A DNA stretch of 64,000 nt from Phyllosticta citribraziliensis. Lineage: Eukaryota. A model generated the notes under the pieces. It ran no database searches and was not told where the DNA came from. It saw only the letters and a program-made list of their open reading frames with translations. Numbering within the stretch: position 1 is the stretch's first letter; each line of letters opens with the position of its first letter. The stretch lies in NCBI RefSeq assembly GCF_038025025.1, contig NW_027117355.1:1-64000 (forward strand), read 5' to 3'. The position numbers and the translations under genes were made by a program. Of this stretch, positions 22,893 through 36,418 are shown one piece after another.

Positions 22893-23697
22893 TCAATGCC
22901 AACCCCAATTGCGATAGTTCCAGCGCCTCCAATTGAAGTCAAAAGACCACACCACAGGCGCCCCGTTGACGCGCTGCCTGAACATTTCCATCCTCTTGCG
23001 CGGATCGCCCTCGCGACACAAGTCCGCAGCAATCGGCAAGATCAGCAGCACAACTGACGACTGCAAATACAGCAGCGCGGCGCTGGCAAGGAAAACGACA
23101 ATCTCCAGCACCATCACCACGTGCCTCAAGTATCCATCCGCAGTGTACGTCGCCAAAAGACTAACGAAGATGTTGGGGGCGAGCAGCGGAACCACCACAG
23201 TGGAGCTAGCGACGACCAAGGCGAGGAAACGGCCAGGCTCGTGAGGCAGCGCGGCCAGCCGCTCCAGCAGCCACAGCAGCGGCGAGAGCGGCGTCAGCGC
23301 AAAGACGGCGACGGGGGCAGGGTAGACGCGGACGGAGGGGTCTGGCGCGTTTGCGCCGGGCCGCAGCGCGATGGTGATGTGGTGGAGCGAGACTTCGAGG
23401 CGGCGCAGCGGGACGACGAGGTCGGCGACGAAGCGGTCGAGGTCGTCGGCGAGGGCGGCGGTCAGCGAAGGCGGAGGGAGGAAGCAGGTAAGCGCCGAGG
23501 TGAGGAGGGCGATGCTGGCGTGGCGTTGTAGTGTCAGTAGGATTAAGAGTGGCCTGGGTGGTTGGGGTTGCGTACGTGAATGCGATGGTGCCGTCAACAA
23601 CGGCCTCGCTGTATGCTTTGGCGAAGTAGACAAAGAGCGTTGCAAAATGCCTCAGAATGAGGCTGAGGGCAAGGCAAACCAAAACTTGGGTGGGCAT
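22893..23697 (-). CDS. Hypothetical integral membrane protein
   Basis: MPTQVLVCL.. exon splices in frame (GTACGC..CTGAC..CAG) to ORF 22893-23645; several hydrophobic segments; high GC3. Confidence 0.55.
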
Positions 23698-24141
23698 ATT
23701 GCGATTGTTGCCGCTATCCTGCTGTCTGGGGGTGGAGGCTGGTGGAGTGCGCGAGAATCGACCAGAGGCCATTTCGACAGGCGCTGCCATTCGATTAACA
23801 TTTTCGCTCGGATGAGCAGACGAACGCGCTCGAATGCTCCCGGGGTCCACGTTGAGCTCAGACTAAAACCGACGCCCAGTACTTAGCCTTGGACGTCAAA
23901 GAAAGTCTCAAGAGGCTTCAAGAGAAATCTCGAAATCTGTTCAATGGCTGGCTGATATTAATGTCTTCCGTTGTTGACACACCTGTACCATGCCCGTCAA
24001 ACATGCGCCAAACCACAACCACCTCCAAAGGTCCAATCTTGTCGTCCAACGCCTACCCAGCAGATCCCTTTTTTCTATCCATCTGTTTGCCTTCACAATG
24101 CCAGACCCGGAACCAGCGTCGCCTGACCCTCCCATCTCCTC

Positions 24142-26227
24142 CTAATCTCCATTTCCATCCCCATTCCCCCGCCGCCGTCTCCCTTCCATTTCTCTTGCGA
24201 AAATGCCGCTCCCACTCCGCGCAGCGGAGCCTGGAGGGCTGACGGGGGCAATCAGGTCGGGCTCCTCCACATCAACCGTAACAACCGTCTTCGCAATGAT
24301 GAGCCGCTGGCTATCCCCGCTCGCCAGACTGATGCCGTCGAGTTCTGACACCGAGACGGCTCCCGCCTCGTCGCGTGCCGCGTACGTCGTGTGCTGGCAG
24401 AAATCTGGTCGAAGTTCGAGCGCGGCGAATCCTGTCCCTCCTCCTCCACTGCCGGCGTTGCCGCTGCTGATTCTGCTACTCTCCCGCTCTTGCTGCGTCC
24501 CTGGGATGATGGGCCCAATGCCCAGGCCCAGCCCAAGCGTCCGCCGCTGCACACTCGCCACAGACTGGCTGCGGCTCGGGCGCCCGCTGTGTGGCGGCGA
24601 GCGCGCAGCAACCGAAAGAGACGATCCGTTGCGCCCATGGCGATTGCTATGACGGTCGCGGGCGCGCGGCGATGTCGTTGCGCTCCTCAAAACCGTCAGA
24701 GGCACGGCTTCGCTGCGGCTCTTCCTGTCTTCTCTCCCGCCGACGACGCTACCGCCCACGCCGCAGAGTCGCACTTCATCGGAGTCGATTTCGTTTTCGC
24801 TGTCGTAGCCGCTTCCCCGCGGCCGCTGGGAGTGTGAATAGAACTCCGGACCCATGCCGTCGCTCCCACCCAGACGGCCGCACTCGGGCCCCAGGGCGCC
24901 AACGCGCGAGCGCCGCTTCGTGCGGCTCAGGCTGCTCTCGGCGTGACTTCGATCTCCGTGCGAGGTCGTGTGCGAAGGAAGCGTTGTCGAGGGGCTGCTA
25001 TCGTCTTCGAAGGGCCGCAGAAAGGGGCCTAGACAGCAGATGGTACTCGTCATAACGGCGAAGTCGAGCTGGAATTGCGAGCACACAAGAGCCGAGGCGA
25101 CTTCGAGCTCGGGGGTTGGTGACGTGCCGAGTCTGTGGATGTAGTACATGCGTGCGCATGCGGTTGCGATGAGACTTTGAGGGATCAGCTACTGTTTGTG
25201 ATAGAGAGGCCTGGGCGTATTGGACGTGCGATCTTCCGGCTTTGGAGGATTCATGGGCCGGAGAAATATTGAATGTGTGATCCTTCGGCTTAGACGTATT
25301 CATGGACTTACGGAAGGCGAACGCTGAAAACCGAGATAATGATCATTTTCGTCCGTCGAGGCATCTGGAGACCGATCACCATTGACACGGCAATGAGAAA
25401 CAGTATCGTCTCTGTAGTGATGTCGAGGCTAGTAATTATGTCCCAGCGCCAACTCTTGCATCTGCGTCAACAAGTGCATCGCCTTAAGCAGCAGTTGATG
25501 CACTTACAATGTTCTGTGGACATTCCGCTCCTTTGGTCCAATATTCTTTTGGGTCGCAAAAAATGGCGAGCAGGATCAGAGACACGATAAGCCACAAGAC
25601 GATTAATGCGAGGGTGCAGTAGATTGCTATGGCGCGTTTGCGATGGACTGTCAGGCGGAGGTACAGGAAAACGACTACGGATTTGGAGAGGAAAAGCGTG
25701 ATGAGGTAGAGGACCTGCTGCGAGTAGTTTGCCTGGAACCGGGTCAGCCATGACACGCTAGACTTCAATATTCAGAGGAGACCTCCACATGTGCGGAGCT
25801 CCACGATATGCACAGGCCTTGCGGCGTAGGTGGAGACCTCTGGATAGGCAAGGAAAGCAAACTTACAGTGCCCAGACGCTCAAAGTTTGCATCGTCAACT
25901 CCCAGCATCCCTGTGCCATCGTGGATCATGACGAATACTGCCGCGCCCTGGCAGCAGCAACATAGCTGTGCCCGAGGTCAGTGTGCAAGCCAGCGCAGCT
26001 GAGCTGAGAGGTTTGCATGGATCAAGACCTACCGTAGCGAGGGCGAGAATGGTGTCGTCGCGCCTCCAATCCTTTGTCCGCGACCGCAGGTACACCCTGA
26101 TAAAGAGACAGGTAACCACAAAGCTCAGCGTCACACTTGCCACGACCACCAAGACGCCTCTATGATCAGTGGCGGTGATCTTGAACGGCGGAGGTAGGAC
26201 TGTCACATGTTGGACCTCCATGACCAT
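24142..26227 (-). CDS. Fungal rhodopsin-domain (PTH11-like, CFEM-less) integral membrane protein
   Basis: TDHRGVLVVV..IRVY..WRRDD, YSQQVLYLITLFLSKSVV, CLGPFLRPF; multi-exon; Ser/Arg-rich cytoplasmic tail. Confidence 0.8.
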
Positions 26228-27891
26228 GCGCAGAGACGAAGTGATGGGTGCCGGCTTCTCGACGAACGACTAGTGTGTTCGCAGCATTGTAGGGGGAGTG
26301 GTGAGAGATCTCCAGAAGATGAGGAGGTAAGCAACGGAGCCTCCTTGTGCGAGCGCAGCAGCGTCAACGTCGCTTCATGCACACATCAAGGGTTGGTGTC
26401 TCTGCACGGTCTTAGCATCGCGTGCGCATGGCAAAAGGGAAACGAAGAAGGATGTAAACCGGGCAGCCCGTGGAAATTGAAAGGTCATAGCTTGGGTCAA
26501 GGAAGGCTGAAAAGCCATCAGGCAGGCACTTTGTATGGTTCGCAGATCTTCTGAGTCAGGCTGAGGAAGAGCGGGCCACGAGGTGGTACATGAATGGAAT
26601 ATGGCGGCATCTTGCCGAGAGACCGTACCTATAGAACTGAGTAAGGCCCGAGATGTCTGATAATGCTCCTTGATCAGACGTGACGACGGGCTGCAGGGTG
26701 GCGCAAATTGCAGACGGGCAAAGGAAAAAGGTGCAAGAAAACGCGTTGCGGTCTACGCGGCGGGGCGGCGCCGTAAAAAAAGAGCAAAACGAGCGACGGA
26801 TAAGAAAAGCCATGACTCTGCAAGGAGATGCTTGTCTGAGGACTCTGCGCGTCTCCTTGGCCAGGAGGTACGGAATATAGCGTAAGCGTTCACAGCAGGA
26901 GAGTCGGCGTACGCTCCGTGGGAGAGCACGAGGTATCGAATTCGAGGCGCAGGGCGGTGCAGAGTCGGCCCACTTCGAGCGGTGCAGGGTACGCTTCTTG
27001 AATCGAAAGATTTCCCATCACGATCAGGACGAGTCAAGAAGCAGGCGTGTGATGAAGAGTCCGGTCAAGCGCAGTAAACGATCAGCGGCTTTCGCCGGCG
27101 GAGCGTGGCAGCACGGCAGTCTGACGCAGCAAATAGCTCTCCGACGGTGATACTGCCGACATGTGCTACGGCGCCGTCAGAGGATGATGAAGACGGTGGT
27201 GGTGAACAAAGGTCTTGGGTGTCTGGTGAAGTTGGGTGTTGGTTATTTGTGGAGCACCGTACTGTAGGGAGGAGGAGATGTGGAGGCGGACGAAGCCTCC
27301 CGGTGCGGAGCACAGCCAATTTCTGCGGCGGCCGAGGCTCAACCGGCCGACGTCTGCAGCAACCCGGTCTCTCAACTTCGACTCTCTGCAACCCGAGTGG
27401 CCCTCTCGCCCTCAGTCCCATCATCTTCGGCTTGCCGCTCTCTGTTTGGAACGCTCCTCCTGCTGCCACCAGGGAACATGAATCGCCCGGGATCCACCCG
27501 CCGGGTCGCTCCTCCGGCCACGCCCTATGGAATTCACAAACATGACCAGGGCGCTGGTAGGAATCCCAGCACGGATGCGCAGCGGTGCGGCACGACAGCG
27601 AGACCTTGCGCCTGACTCCCGTACAAATGTCTTGCGACGCTTGCACCCCCATGTCCACGCTCGCAGGCCAGTCGCTCTGTGCCCATAGCTGCTGATCTGG
27701 CGGCGAGCTGCATGCCAGGAAGCAAACCGCATTCTCGTGTCCGATGATCCGTCTCTTCCACGACTCCTTCCAAAGTAATATTGCCAAAGCCCGTTGGTTC
27801 TGTCCCTTCTCTCATTCCGATCTTCCTGCGCTATTCGTGGCGCTGATCCCCTGCTCTCGTGTGGTTCTGCGCGAGCCCGGAAGCCGTCACC

Positions 27892-29990
27892 ATGGGAGAT
27901 CGCACCCAACAAGCCGGCGTGAAAGAGCATGGAACCGTGTCAGTCACGAATGGCGGCCCAGCAAGAGAAGATTCTTTGGATCTGGGCGAGGACGGCGGCC
28001 ATGTCGACGCCTACCACCAGTACCAGGGGTACACACGACACGACCGGGCCGACATGTCGCGCATGGGCAAAATTCAAGAGCTCAAGGTACCAACTCAAGC
28101 TCCTGTCGCCAAAGTCAAAGCTTATAAGCTTCTTTAGAGAAACTATCGTCCCCTTTCAGCTCTGGCCTTTACCGTCATTCTCCAAGGCACGTGGGAGGTG
28201 CTCCTGACGTATGTTTCGAACTGTCCCCAACAAACTAACGTACTGATGGAATCAGAGCAACAACCCAGGGCCTTGAGAATGGCGGAAGGGCTGGCCTGAT
28301 TTGGTCCTATCTGTGGACCTTTGCCGGATTCAGCACCGTCATGGCCTCGTTGGCCGAGATGGCCTCGATGGCGCCAACGTCCGGAGGCCAGTACCACTGG
28401 GTTTCGGAGTTTGCTCCCATGAAGTACCAGAGCTTCTTGAGCTACTTTTCGGGTAAGCATTCCATCTTCCGAGGCATGGTAGCAAATCGCTTTTCCTCTT
28501 GTCGCCCACCTTCCAAGAGCTTGAACGCTTCCTGTACGCATCCATCTCCCAAAAGCGCTCAAATGCTCCCTGTACACATTCATTTCCTACAAGCGCTCGA
28601 ATGCTTCCTGTACGCATCCATTCAGTGATACAAAAGTTTCCTATTCGCTTCTGCTTCTCGTGTTACACTACTATTTCATCGAAGTATCATTTTTTGTGAT
28701 GTTTACTAATTGAAACAGGATGGATGTCGACCTTGTCGTGGCAAGCCGGGACAGCCTCCGGACCTTTCCTCGTCGGCACGTTGATCCAATCGTGTGCGGT
28801 TGTGGCATACCCAGACTACGCGCCGACCAACTGGCAAGGGACCCTCATGGTCATGGCCGTGACTTGCTTCGTCTGGCTTCTCAACGTCTACGGCTCCTCG
28901 TCCATGCCGTTTATGCAGAACGTCATGCTCCTAATCCACATTCTTGGCTTTGTGACACTCATGATTGTCATGTGGGCGTTATCGCCGCGGCTCACGGCCA
29001 AAGATACGTTTACTCTATTCACTAACGGCGGAGGCTGGAGCTCCATGGGACTGAGTCTGATGGTTGGCCAAGTCTCGGCCATATACGCTTGCATCTGTAA
29101 GTACGCAGCATGACGCCGTCAGGGGGATTGCTGACATTCGCAGGCTCTGATGCCGCGGCTCACATGTCGGAGGAGATCAAGGACGCTGCCACTACTGTTC
29201 CCCGAGCAATGGTGGGATCCTACATTTTGGTTCGTCCCTCCCGTCGTACCCAATATATTTGCTTGCTGACCTGTAGTAGAACGGCGCAATCGGCTTCATA
29301 TTCCTGGTCTCCTACATGTTCATGATAACCGACATTGACGCCGCCCTGAACGACTCAACCGGATACCCGCACATCTGGGTGTTCAAGCAAGCAGTATACA
29401 GCGGCGGGGTGATCGGGCTCAACGTGATCCCCACGGTGCTCATCTTCGCGGGCACCGTATCCTACAACCTCTCAACATCGCGGCAAACGTGGTCCTTCGC
29501 GCGCGACCGCGGGCTGCCATTCAGCGACTGGCTCGCGCGCGTTGACCCCAAGCTCGAAGTGCCGACCAACGCGGTGACGGCGACGTGCCTGTTCACGGTG
29601 CTGCTCTCGCTCATCAACATCGGGTCCGACACGGCCTTCAACGCCATCATCTCGCTGAACCTGTGCTCGCTGATGATCACGTACGTCGTCAGCATCGGGT
29701 GTGTGCTGTGGCGGCGGCTGCGGCACCCGGACACGCTGCCGCCGGCGCGCTGGAGCCTGGGCCGCTGGGGCGTGCCCGTCAACATCGCCGGCACCTTGTA
29801 CGCGCTCCACGCCTTCTTCTGGTGCTTCTGGCCCGACTCGACGCCCACCGACGTCGACAACTTCAACTGGGCGTCGGTCATGTTCGTCGGCGTCGGCGTC
29901 CTGAGCACCATCGACTACTGGACGCGCGGGCGGAGGGAGTATTCGGGCCCCGTCGTCTTGACCGAGGGGTGGAAATCGCGGGTCGAGTAG
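27892..29990 (+). CDS. Amino acid/GABA/choline permease (APC superfamily, ACT family)
   Basis: DMSRMGKIQELK, SLAEMASMAPTSGGQYHWVSEFAP, AAHMSEEIKDA, SRQTWSFARDRGLPFS, FNWASVMF; multiple introns. Confidence 0.93.
28515..28623 (+). repeat. 38-bp minisatellite (~3 copies) inside a permease intron
   Basis: Units start at 28515, 28553, 28591; consensus AAGCGCTCGAATGCTTCCTGTACGCATCCATT.. Confidence 0.85.
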
Positions 29991-30561
29991 GCAGGGACCC
30001 TACCGAGCAAGTGAGCAGTGGGCGCGGTGCTACGATCAAAAACGACCTCGACAGCCTCTTCCGTTTTGTTTCCTTTGTTCCGTTTCATCGCGACGTCCTG
30101 AGGCATGTAAATAGGCGAAACTTGCTTGTTGTTGCCATGACACAAAGCAACTCTTCAGCCAGAGAGGCAGCTTGAGGCAGGGCCGGTGGCATCGATGGAG
30201 AGGGAGCTGAAAAAGTGGCTGGCTTTCACGTCGTCTTTATTTATTGATATGGACTGCTGATGTTGCTATGTCGCATTTTGCCCAAGACAGAGCGCAGTCC
30301 ACAAAAGCCAAGCAAAGCTGTCAAAAGGAATGATGGGTTCCTGACATGGTAGATGAAGCTAGATAGGAAGCCTTGATTCAGTGTTTTGGATGGAGTCAGG
30401 GAGCAGACATGCAGTGCCACGGCTGCTCATAGGGAGCATTCGTTCAGCCACCACCGCGAATGAACAGATGGAGCCATTTTTCTCGACACACACTGTGGTA
30501 GGGCATGGCAAATCCCCGTCCAATCTACAATGCTATTCACAAGACTGAGGCCGGGCTCTTC

Positions 30562-31371
30562 TCACATCTTACTACTCCGCTCTCCCCTCTTGCGCTCCTC
30601 CTCCTCCTCCTTCCTCTTCTCCCCCAGCGCCCGGTTGCCCTTCGAGCTGCCCTCCAGGCCCGCCAAAAGATCCTCGCTCAAGCCCTCCGTACTGGGAATA
30701 ACCATGTCAAATGTGTCCCTGACGACCGTGTACTGGTAGTACCCGCAGCGCGCAATGGGCAGCGTCTTGCGCACGTCGAGGATGCCGTCCGTCAGGACCT
30801 CGTCCTTGATGTGCACGGCGACGACGCGGCCGATGACGACGTGGGCCGTGGCCATGGGCGGGTTGGCCGGCAGGCGCAGCGTCGAGTGGTACACGCACTC
30901 GAACTTGACCGGCGAGTCGGCAACCATGGGGACGCGCGGGGCATCCAAGACGACGCTGTCTTTCTTTTGCAAGCCGGCGCGCGCGAACTCGTCGACGCCT
31001 GGCGGCACCTGCTCGGCGGAGGCGTTGACGGCGTAGCGCAGCGGGTACGTGGCCAGGTTCCAGACGAAGCGGCCGGTGGTCTCGGCGTTGGTCACTGTGT
31101 CCTTGCGCTTCGCCGACGGCGTTTGGTTGGCGCTGAACATGACGTACGGCGGGTCGAAGGTGAGGTTGGTGAACTGTGAGTATGGCGCCAGGTTGTGCGC
31201 GCCGGTTGGCGAGATGGTGCTGATCCAGCCGATGGGCCGCGGGATGACGCAGGCCTGGGAACTTTCGTGTCAGCGGGGCTGCGGCTTCTGCTGGTGAATG
31301 AGTGAGTGACCGACCTTGAAGGGGTCGTGGGGGAGCCCATGGTCAGTCTTGCCGGGCTCGTAGAGAACCAT
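30562..31371 (-). CDS. Flavin reductase-like FMN-binding protein (DIM6/NTAB family)
   Basis: MVLYEPGKTDHGLPHDPFK|ACVIPRPIGWIST, NLAPYSQF, KDTVTNAETTGRFVWN, SPVKFEC, PIARCGYYQY. Confidence 0.9.
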
Positions 31372-31750
31372 GGTGTCCGGATATCAAGCAAGGATCAAGG
31401 CGGCGGGATCAGGGTAGACGGATGTGGTCAACTTCGCGAATGTCCAGGCGGAAGGATGGCGGTACCGTCGGTGGGTGTAAGATCCAGGCCATGGCAAGGG
31501 AACGGCGTGCGGATTAAATGTCGTCGGTGAGAGGCAACCTAAGCAGAGTGGAGCTGCAGCGATGGCGGACGGCTGGAGGTGCCGAAGCACAGGCCGACGG
31601 TGTGGGTTTGGAGGCGGGGTGGACGGCAGGGTTGGTCTGGTTGCTTCCTTGCTGTTGATCTTGTTCCATCCTGATCATCACCACCATCTCACTCTCTCTC
31701 CATCTTCCAACAATTCGTATTGGCAGCGGTTGGTGCCTGAATCGAACGTC

Positions 31751-32554
31751 ATGGTGGCATCAACTTCGGAGCTCCCCCCCGAAACGCTTCTGATTCTGGT
31801 CACCGGCGCCAGCAACGGCCTCGGGCTAGCCTTCTTCCAGCACTTCTCCCACGACCCGGCCGTCGCCGTCGTCGGCATCGACAAGCTGCCCTTGGCCGCC
31901 GAGCAACGCGCGCGCGTCGGCCCGTCGGCCCACTTCGCGCAGGTCGACATCACGGCGGCACCGTCGCAGCTGGAGCAATGGGCACGCGAGTGGATGAGCA
32001 CGTCGACGCCGATGCCGATGCCGAGGCCGATACCGTTGGTCGTCCACTCGGCGGGCGTGCGAGGCCTGGTGCCCGCCGTGTCGAGCGCGCAGCCGCACGA
32101 CGTCGCAGCGGCCGAGACGCTCGAAGTCATGGACGGCGCGAAGATGCTGCGGACGTTTGAGATCAACGCGGTGGGCACGTTGCAGCTCGTCCGCGCCGTG
32201 CTGCCCAACTTGCGCGCTGCTGCCGAGATGCAGTTGCGGCCAAAGGTCGTCGTTATGTCGTCGCGCATGGGCAGCATCTCGGCCAACGTGGGGGGTGGGT
32301 CGTATGCCTATAGAGCGAGCAAGGCGGCGCTCAACGCTGTCGTCAAGAGCCTCAGCATTGATGTCCCCGAGGTCTGCTTCGCCAGCGTCCATCCGGGCCG
32401 CGTCGAGACGGCCTTGGTCAAGACCCGTGAAGAGGGCGCCATGACCTGCGAGGAGAGTCTCCGGACAATGTTGCCAGTGATCCAGCGGCTGGGGGAAGGG
32501 ACCCTCCAAAGTGGCTGCTTCATCGACAGATTCGGCGAAGTAATTGGCTGGTGA
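31751..32554 (+). CDS. Short-chain dehydrogenase/reductase (CsgA/C-factor-like)
   Basis: VTGASNGLG, SSRMGSI, YAYRASKAALN (YxxxK), HPGRVET. Confidence 0.9.
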   Translation: MVASTSELPPETLLILVTGASNGLGLAFFQHFSHDPAVAVVGIDKLPLAAEQRARVGPSAHFAQVDITAAPSQLEQWAREWMSTSTPMPMPRPIPLVVHSAGVRGLVPAVSSAQPHDVAAAETLEVMDGAKMLRTFEINAVGTLQLVRAVLPNLRAAAEMQLRPKVVVMSSRMGSISANVGGGSYAYRASKAALNAVVKSLSIDVPEVCFASVHPGRVETALVKTREEGAMTCEESLRTMLPVIQRLGEGTLQSGCFIDRFGEVIGW

Positions 32555-33267
32555 AGAACCTCACTCGTCGGAACCGGAATGCTCCCTTGTCGCCAGCTCC
32601 ACATCTCACTCATCCGAACGCTCCCCTGTCGTCGTCTCCTTGTAGAATTTCAATTTGCATTGTTCTGCTACTGTAGCCAATCTGAAGAGCAGAAATGCGC
32701 AAAAAGCAAGATTAGAACCTATGAACGAGTGTAGAGTGATCATCGAGGCGATCATCGAAGGCACCAAATCCAAAAAAAAACGATCGCAAAAAAATCAAAA
32801 AAAGTCACTTCTCCACACGTAAACTGGACTGCCATCTCCCAAGCACCCATCGCACCCACCCACCCCCTTTACGTTGAGAAAGCACACGCGTTTCCGCATT
32901 CGATGAACGTTTTTGCCCAAGTCTGTCTGCTGCTGCAGTCTTCAAAAAATCTCGCCTGGTGGATTGCAGTGGCCAACGGTTTTGGCCCTCGGTGTCGTCA
33001 TGATGCAGAAGCAGAGGCCGTCGCGGCTTGCATCACGAAGTTTCAGACAGACTCGATGGTGGCTGGAGCCCGTTCAAGACCATAGATGACGGCCCATACG
33101 ATGATGCACGCAAACAGCACCCTGGAAGACTGAACTAGTGTCTGCCTTCTCGATCCCGTCGGATGAAGTTGCTACCCTTTGCGCAGAGTTGCCAAGGACC
33201 CAGAGATGATAGAAGAGAGAAGAACCGCGAGCGCTGTCATTGTCTTCAGCGCTCCCTGTCTTGTTCC

Positions 33268-34685
33268 TTACGCGGGTTCCCAGAGCTTGCGTCTTCCGCC
33301 CCGGAGCGAGCGGGTGACTGGCGGCGGCCTCGTGAACGAATCGGGGTCGATGGGACCGGCTGGCTCTGCATTCTTCGCTGGAGCAGGGGCAGGGTTGCGA
33401 GGCGCACGCGGGTTGGCGGCAGCTGCATTGGCGAAGCCAGAACGACCACCACGGTTTCCCCCGCGGCCACCTCGTCCACGGGGCGCGTTTTGCGGGGCGG
33501 GATTGGGTGCCGGAGGAGCGACGTGCTGGGTGCGGCTGAATTCGTTTGGATCGAAAATGGGCTGGCTAGCAGACTTGGGCCGGGAAGGCAGCTCTCTCTT
33601 GAAGACGACTTCATCTTCTTCGTCCGAGTTTTCTCCATCAGGGACAGCTTCCTCCTGAGTCTCACTGACTGGCTCTTGGACCTCCTTGGCCTCCCTCTTG
33701 AGATACGCTTGACGGTTCCTAAAGTCGCGCTCCTCTCTTCCAATGATGTCACGCATTTGCTCCAAGCGCTTTGCGCGCACGCTGAATCGCTGCGCAATCG
33801 CCTGCTTCTTTGGGTCGTTTGTGAGCAAGATGAAAGACTCGGGTCCAATGTCTGGGTTTTGCTCGTGGTGGATCCTCCAGATGACGTGATTGTAGAATGG
33901 CTGCAGGTGTTGGGGCACAAACGACTTGGATTTCTGCTCCCTCTTGGATCTGCCGTTGCGCGCATTGCCGTTGGAGGTTCTGTGGCCGTTCGTGGCCGGG
34001 GCGTTTTCCGGCTTCAAAGGAGTGGCGTTCATCAGGTCGGGGCTGGTGGACGAGTAGGTCGAGCGAGGCGATTCAGAGGCTTTGGACTCGACTTCAACGG
34101 AGCTCTCAGAGGCCTTGTCGGTGCTGCTCTGGGAGTGGAACGAGTTTTGAAGCTCGTCGGCAGTGTGGTCTGCCTCGTCGGTGGATTCAGTCATTGAGAG
34201 CAGAGTCTCGGGGAGCAAAAAGCTTTCGACCTCGGGCCATGTTTTGTATACTTCATCGCCACCCTGGAGCTGGACTAGGCCGGCGGCCTGAACTTCGTTG
34301 ATGGAGGTGACGTCGTCGAGCCACTGGAGGGCTTCGGTGGCATCTTGGGCGGTCTTTCCGCCTGCGCGCCTCATGCGATCCATTTGCTCGAGGGCTGCCG
34401 AGTTTGTGAGTTGAGATTGCGCCAGAGTCATGGCACACCCGGCGGGGGACACGTACTGTACAGCGGGACAAAAACGCGCATGGCGCCATTGTTGATCCAC
34501 TTGCGGATTCCATCGCGGGTGCTCTTCTTGACGCCGGCGAGGAAGGCAGAGTCATCGACAATGCAGTTGAATATCTTGCGGACGGGTGTGTCGGTTTTGT
34601 GAGGGCGGCCGTGGCCGTGGCCGTGGCCGTGGCGTGGCTGAGCCTGAGGCTGGGCCTGAGGCCGGGGCGGCGCACCGGCGCGCAT
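33268..34685 (-). CDS. PIN-domain protein with RGG-rich C-terminal tail
   Basis: KIFNCIVDDSAFL..VFVPLY|..LEQMDRMR, EALQWLD, FILLTND (PIN-like); C-terminal RGRGGRGG..RKLWEP; start codon uncertain. Confidence 0.75.
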
Positions 34686-35202
34686 GGTGAGGAGAGGGGA
34701 TTGTGATCGCTCTGAGACCGAGTTAGCATGGCAAAGGTCGACGGCCAGCTGGGGGGAGGCGGCGTGTACTGTGCGAGGGTGGGTTGGTGTTGCTCGGTGC
34801 GTCAGGTCGGGTGAGAGAGCATAGCCGTGGGCGATGCTGCAAGGGCCTTCAAGGCAAAGTGGATCGGCTCATGGAGAGGCCGGCGGTCAAAGCGAGCGCA
34901 TTATAGCATGGACGTTGGGGATGCAGTGTTGGGTCGCGGGCGATGGTTCGCATGGGCATGTCGGGGCGGGTGTGCCGTGGTCAGAGTGGCAGAGGGACAG
35001 ACATGGACGGGCGGCGGAGTGGAGGTTGGATCGATGATTTAAGACGGCCAGGTGTGAGTGCGCCGGCAGCCACAAGCGGGGACCGGATCTCCTCCTACAG
35101 TACTAGGTACTACTCCCACGACACCCCATATTCCTTATAGCTACACTGCCTGCTGACCTTGTCGCCTCCCAACCCCTTCATCTCGCCCCTCGATCTCCAC
35201 GA

Positions 35203-36162
35203 CTATCTCTCAACCTCTCCCTGTCCTCTTGCAGCACCAAGGTCCGGCATCCATCCCTTTGGCCGCTCGCGCCCGCGAATCATGAGCCCGTACAGCGCGT
35301 TCTCGACCTTTTCCACGCACGTCCGCATCACGCCCATCTTCTTGTCCACGTCGTCCGAAAACTTCCGGTCTGCAATGTCCAGGCCCTCCAGCAGCGTGCG
35401 GAGGTCGCGCATGTCGTCTAGCACGTTGCGCTGCGGCGTGGTTGCTGCCGGGCTGTCGACGTCCATGTCGCCCTCTTCCGCGCGAGCCTGACGCCGCGCC
35501 TGTCCTCCCGGCAGCGCGCCGCTGGTCGCCATGGCTGTGATTGAAAAGCGCATCAACTCTCCAATCATGTCAAACACTCCCAGAATGTAGTCCTCGGGCG
35601 TCAGCATGATAGGTCCGCCCTCGCTGCCGAGCTCCGCCAGCCGTCTGCTCGACTCTTCGTATGATATCAAGGTCTGCGTCTCGAGGTAGTGTTGGAAGCT
35701 CAGTGACTCCATGAATTCTTGGTGACCTCCGGTGATGTTGCGCGCATAGCGGTAGGCATTCAGACCTTGGAGGTCTTTGGAGATTGCGGCATAGGTTTTG
35801 GTGATGGTGTCCCAGTAGGGCGCATTGGCTTTTGTGACGTTGGGGGGGACCGGTTGGCCAAGTTTGCGTACTCTACATAGCTGTCAGTCTGACGCCAGGT
35901 GAGAGTTCAGGGTGGCGGTGTTGTACCTCTGTAGAGAAAAGATGCTGTGCAAGGTTAGCAAGACGTCGGCGCAAAGCAGCAGTGCCGCTCACATCTTTTT
36001 GCTGGCAGCGGTAATGTCGCGCGACGCCTTGATGGTGCGCTCCCGTCTGTCGTGATGGTCGTCGAGCTCGGCGCGGAAAAGCTCAAACATGGGCAGGAAG
36101 GGGGACGATTGCTGCTTGGTGGAGTCGTCCATGGCTTGGGTGAAGGTGCGTTTCTGGCCCAT
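35203..36162 (-). CDS. Translin-associated factor X (TRAX)/translin family protein
   Basis: FRAELDDHHDRRERTIKASRDITAASKK, QEFMESLSFQHYL, DYILGVFDMIGELMR, KVENALYGLMIRGRERPKGW. Confidence 0.92.
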
Positions 36163-36418
36163 GGACGAGAGGACGAGAGGAGGAGGATGTTTAAAAAGCG
36201 ACGGGTGGTGGTTGTGGTGGGTGCAGTTGGTTTCCTTCTGGTGCTTGCGCTGCGCGATTGACGCAAACCATCCATCTCCCTGCTGCAGCGGCAGCTTTTG
36301 CCGGCGATCCCTCGGCACCACCTGCCCTTCCCAGACCCTGCATCGCCCGTTCTGTCCGACAACCTTGACCGACCCCATCGACAACTCTCCATCCACCTCT
36401 CGTGCCATTGGCATCGCC

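Noticed and set aside
27065..27930. Overlapping 150-240 aa ORFs between the rhodopsin-domain gene and the permease
   Set aside because: Random-like composition in a divergent promoter region
33268..36162. PIN protein plus TRAX as a dedicated RNA-defence module
   Set aside because: Both look like ordinary conserved eukaryotic genes; adjacency alone is insufficient
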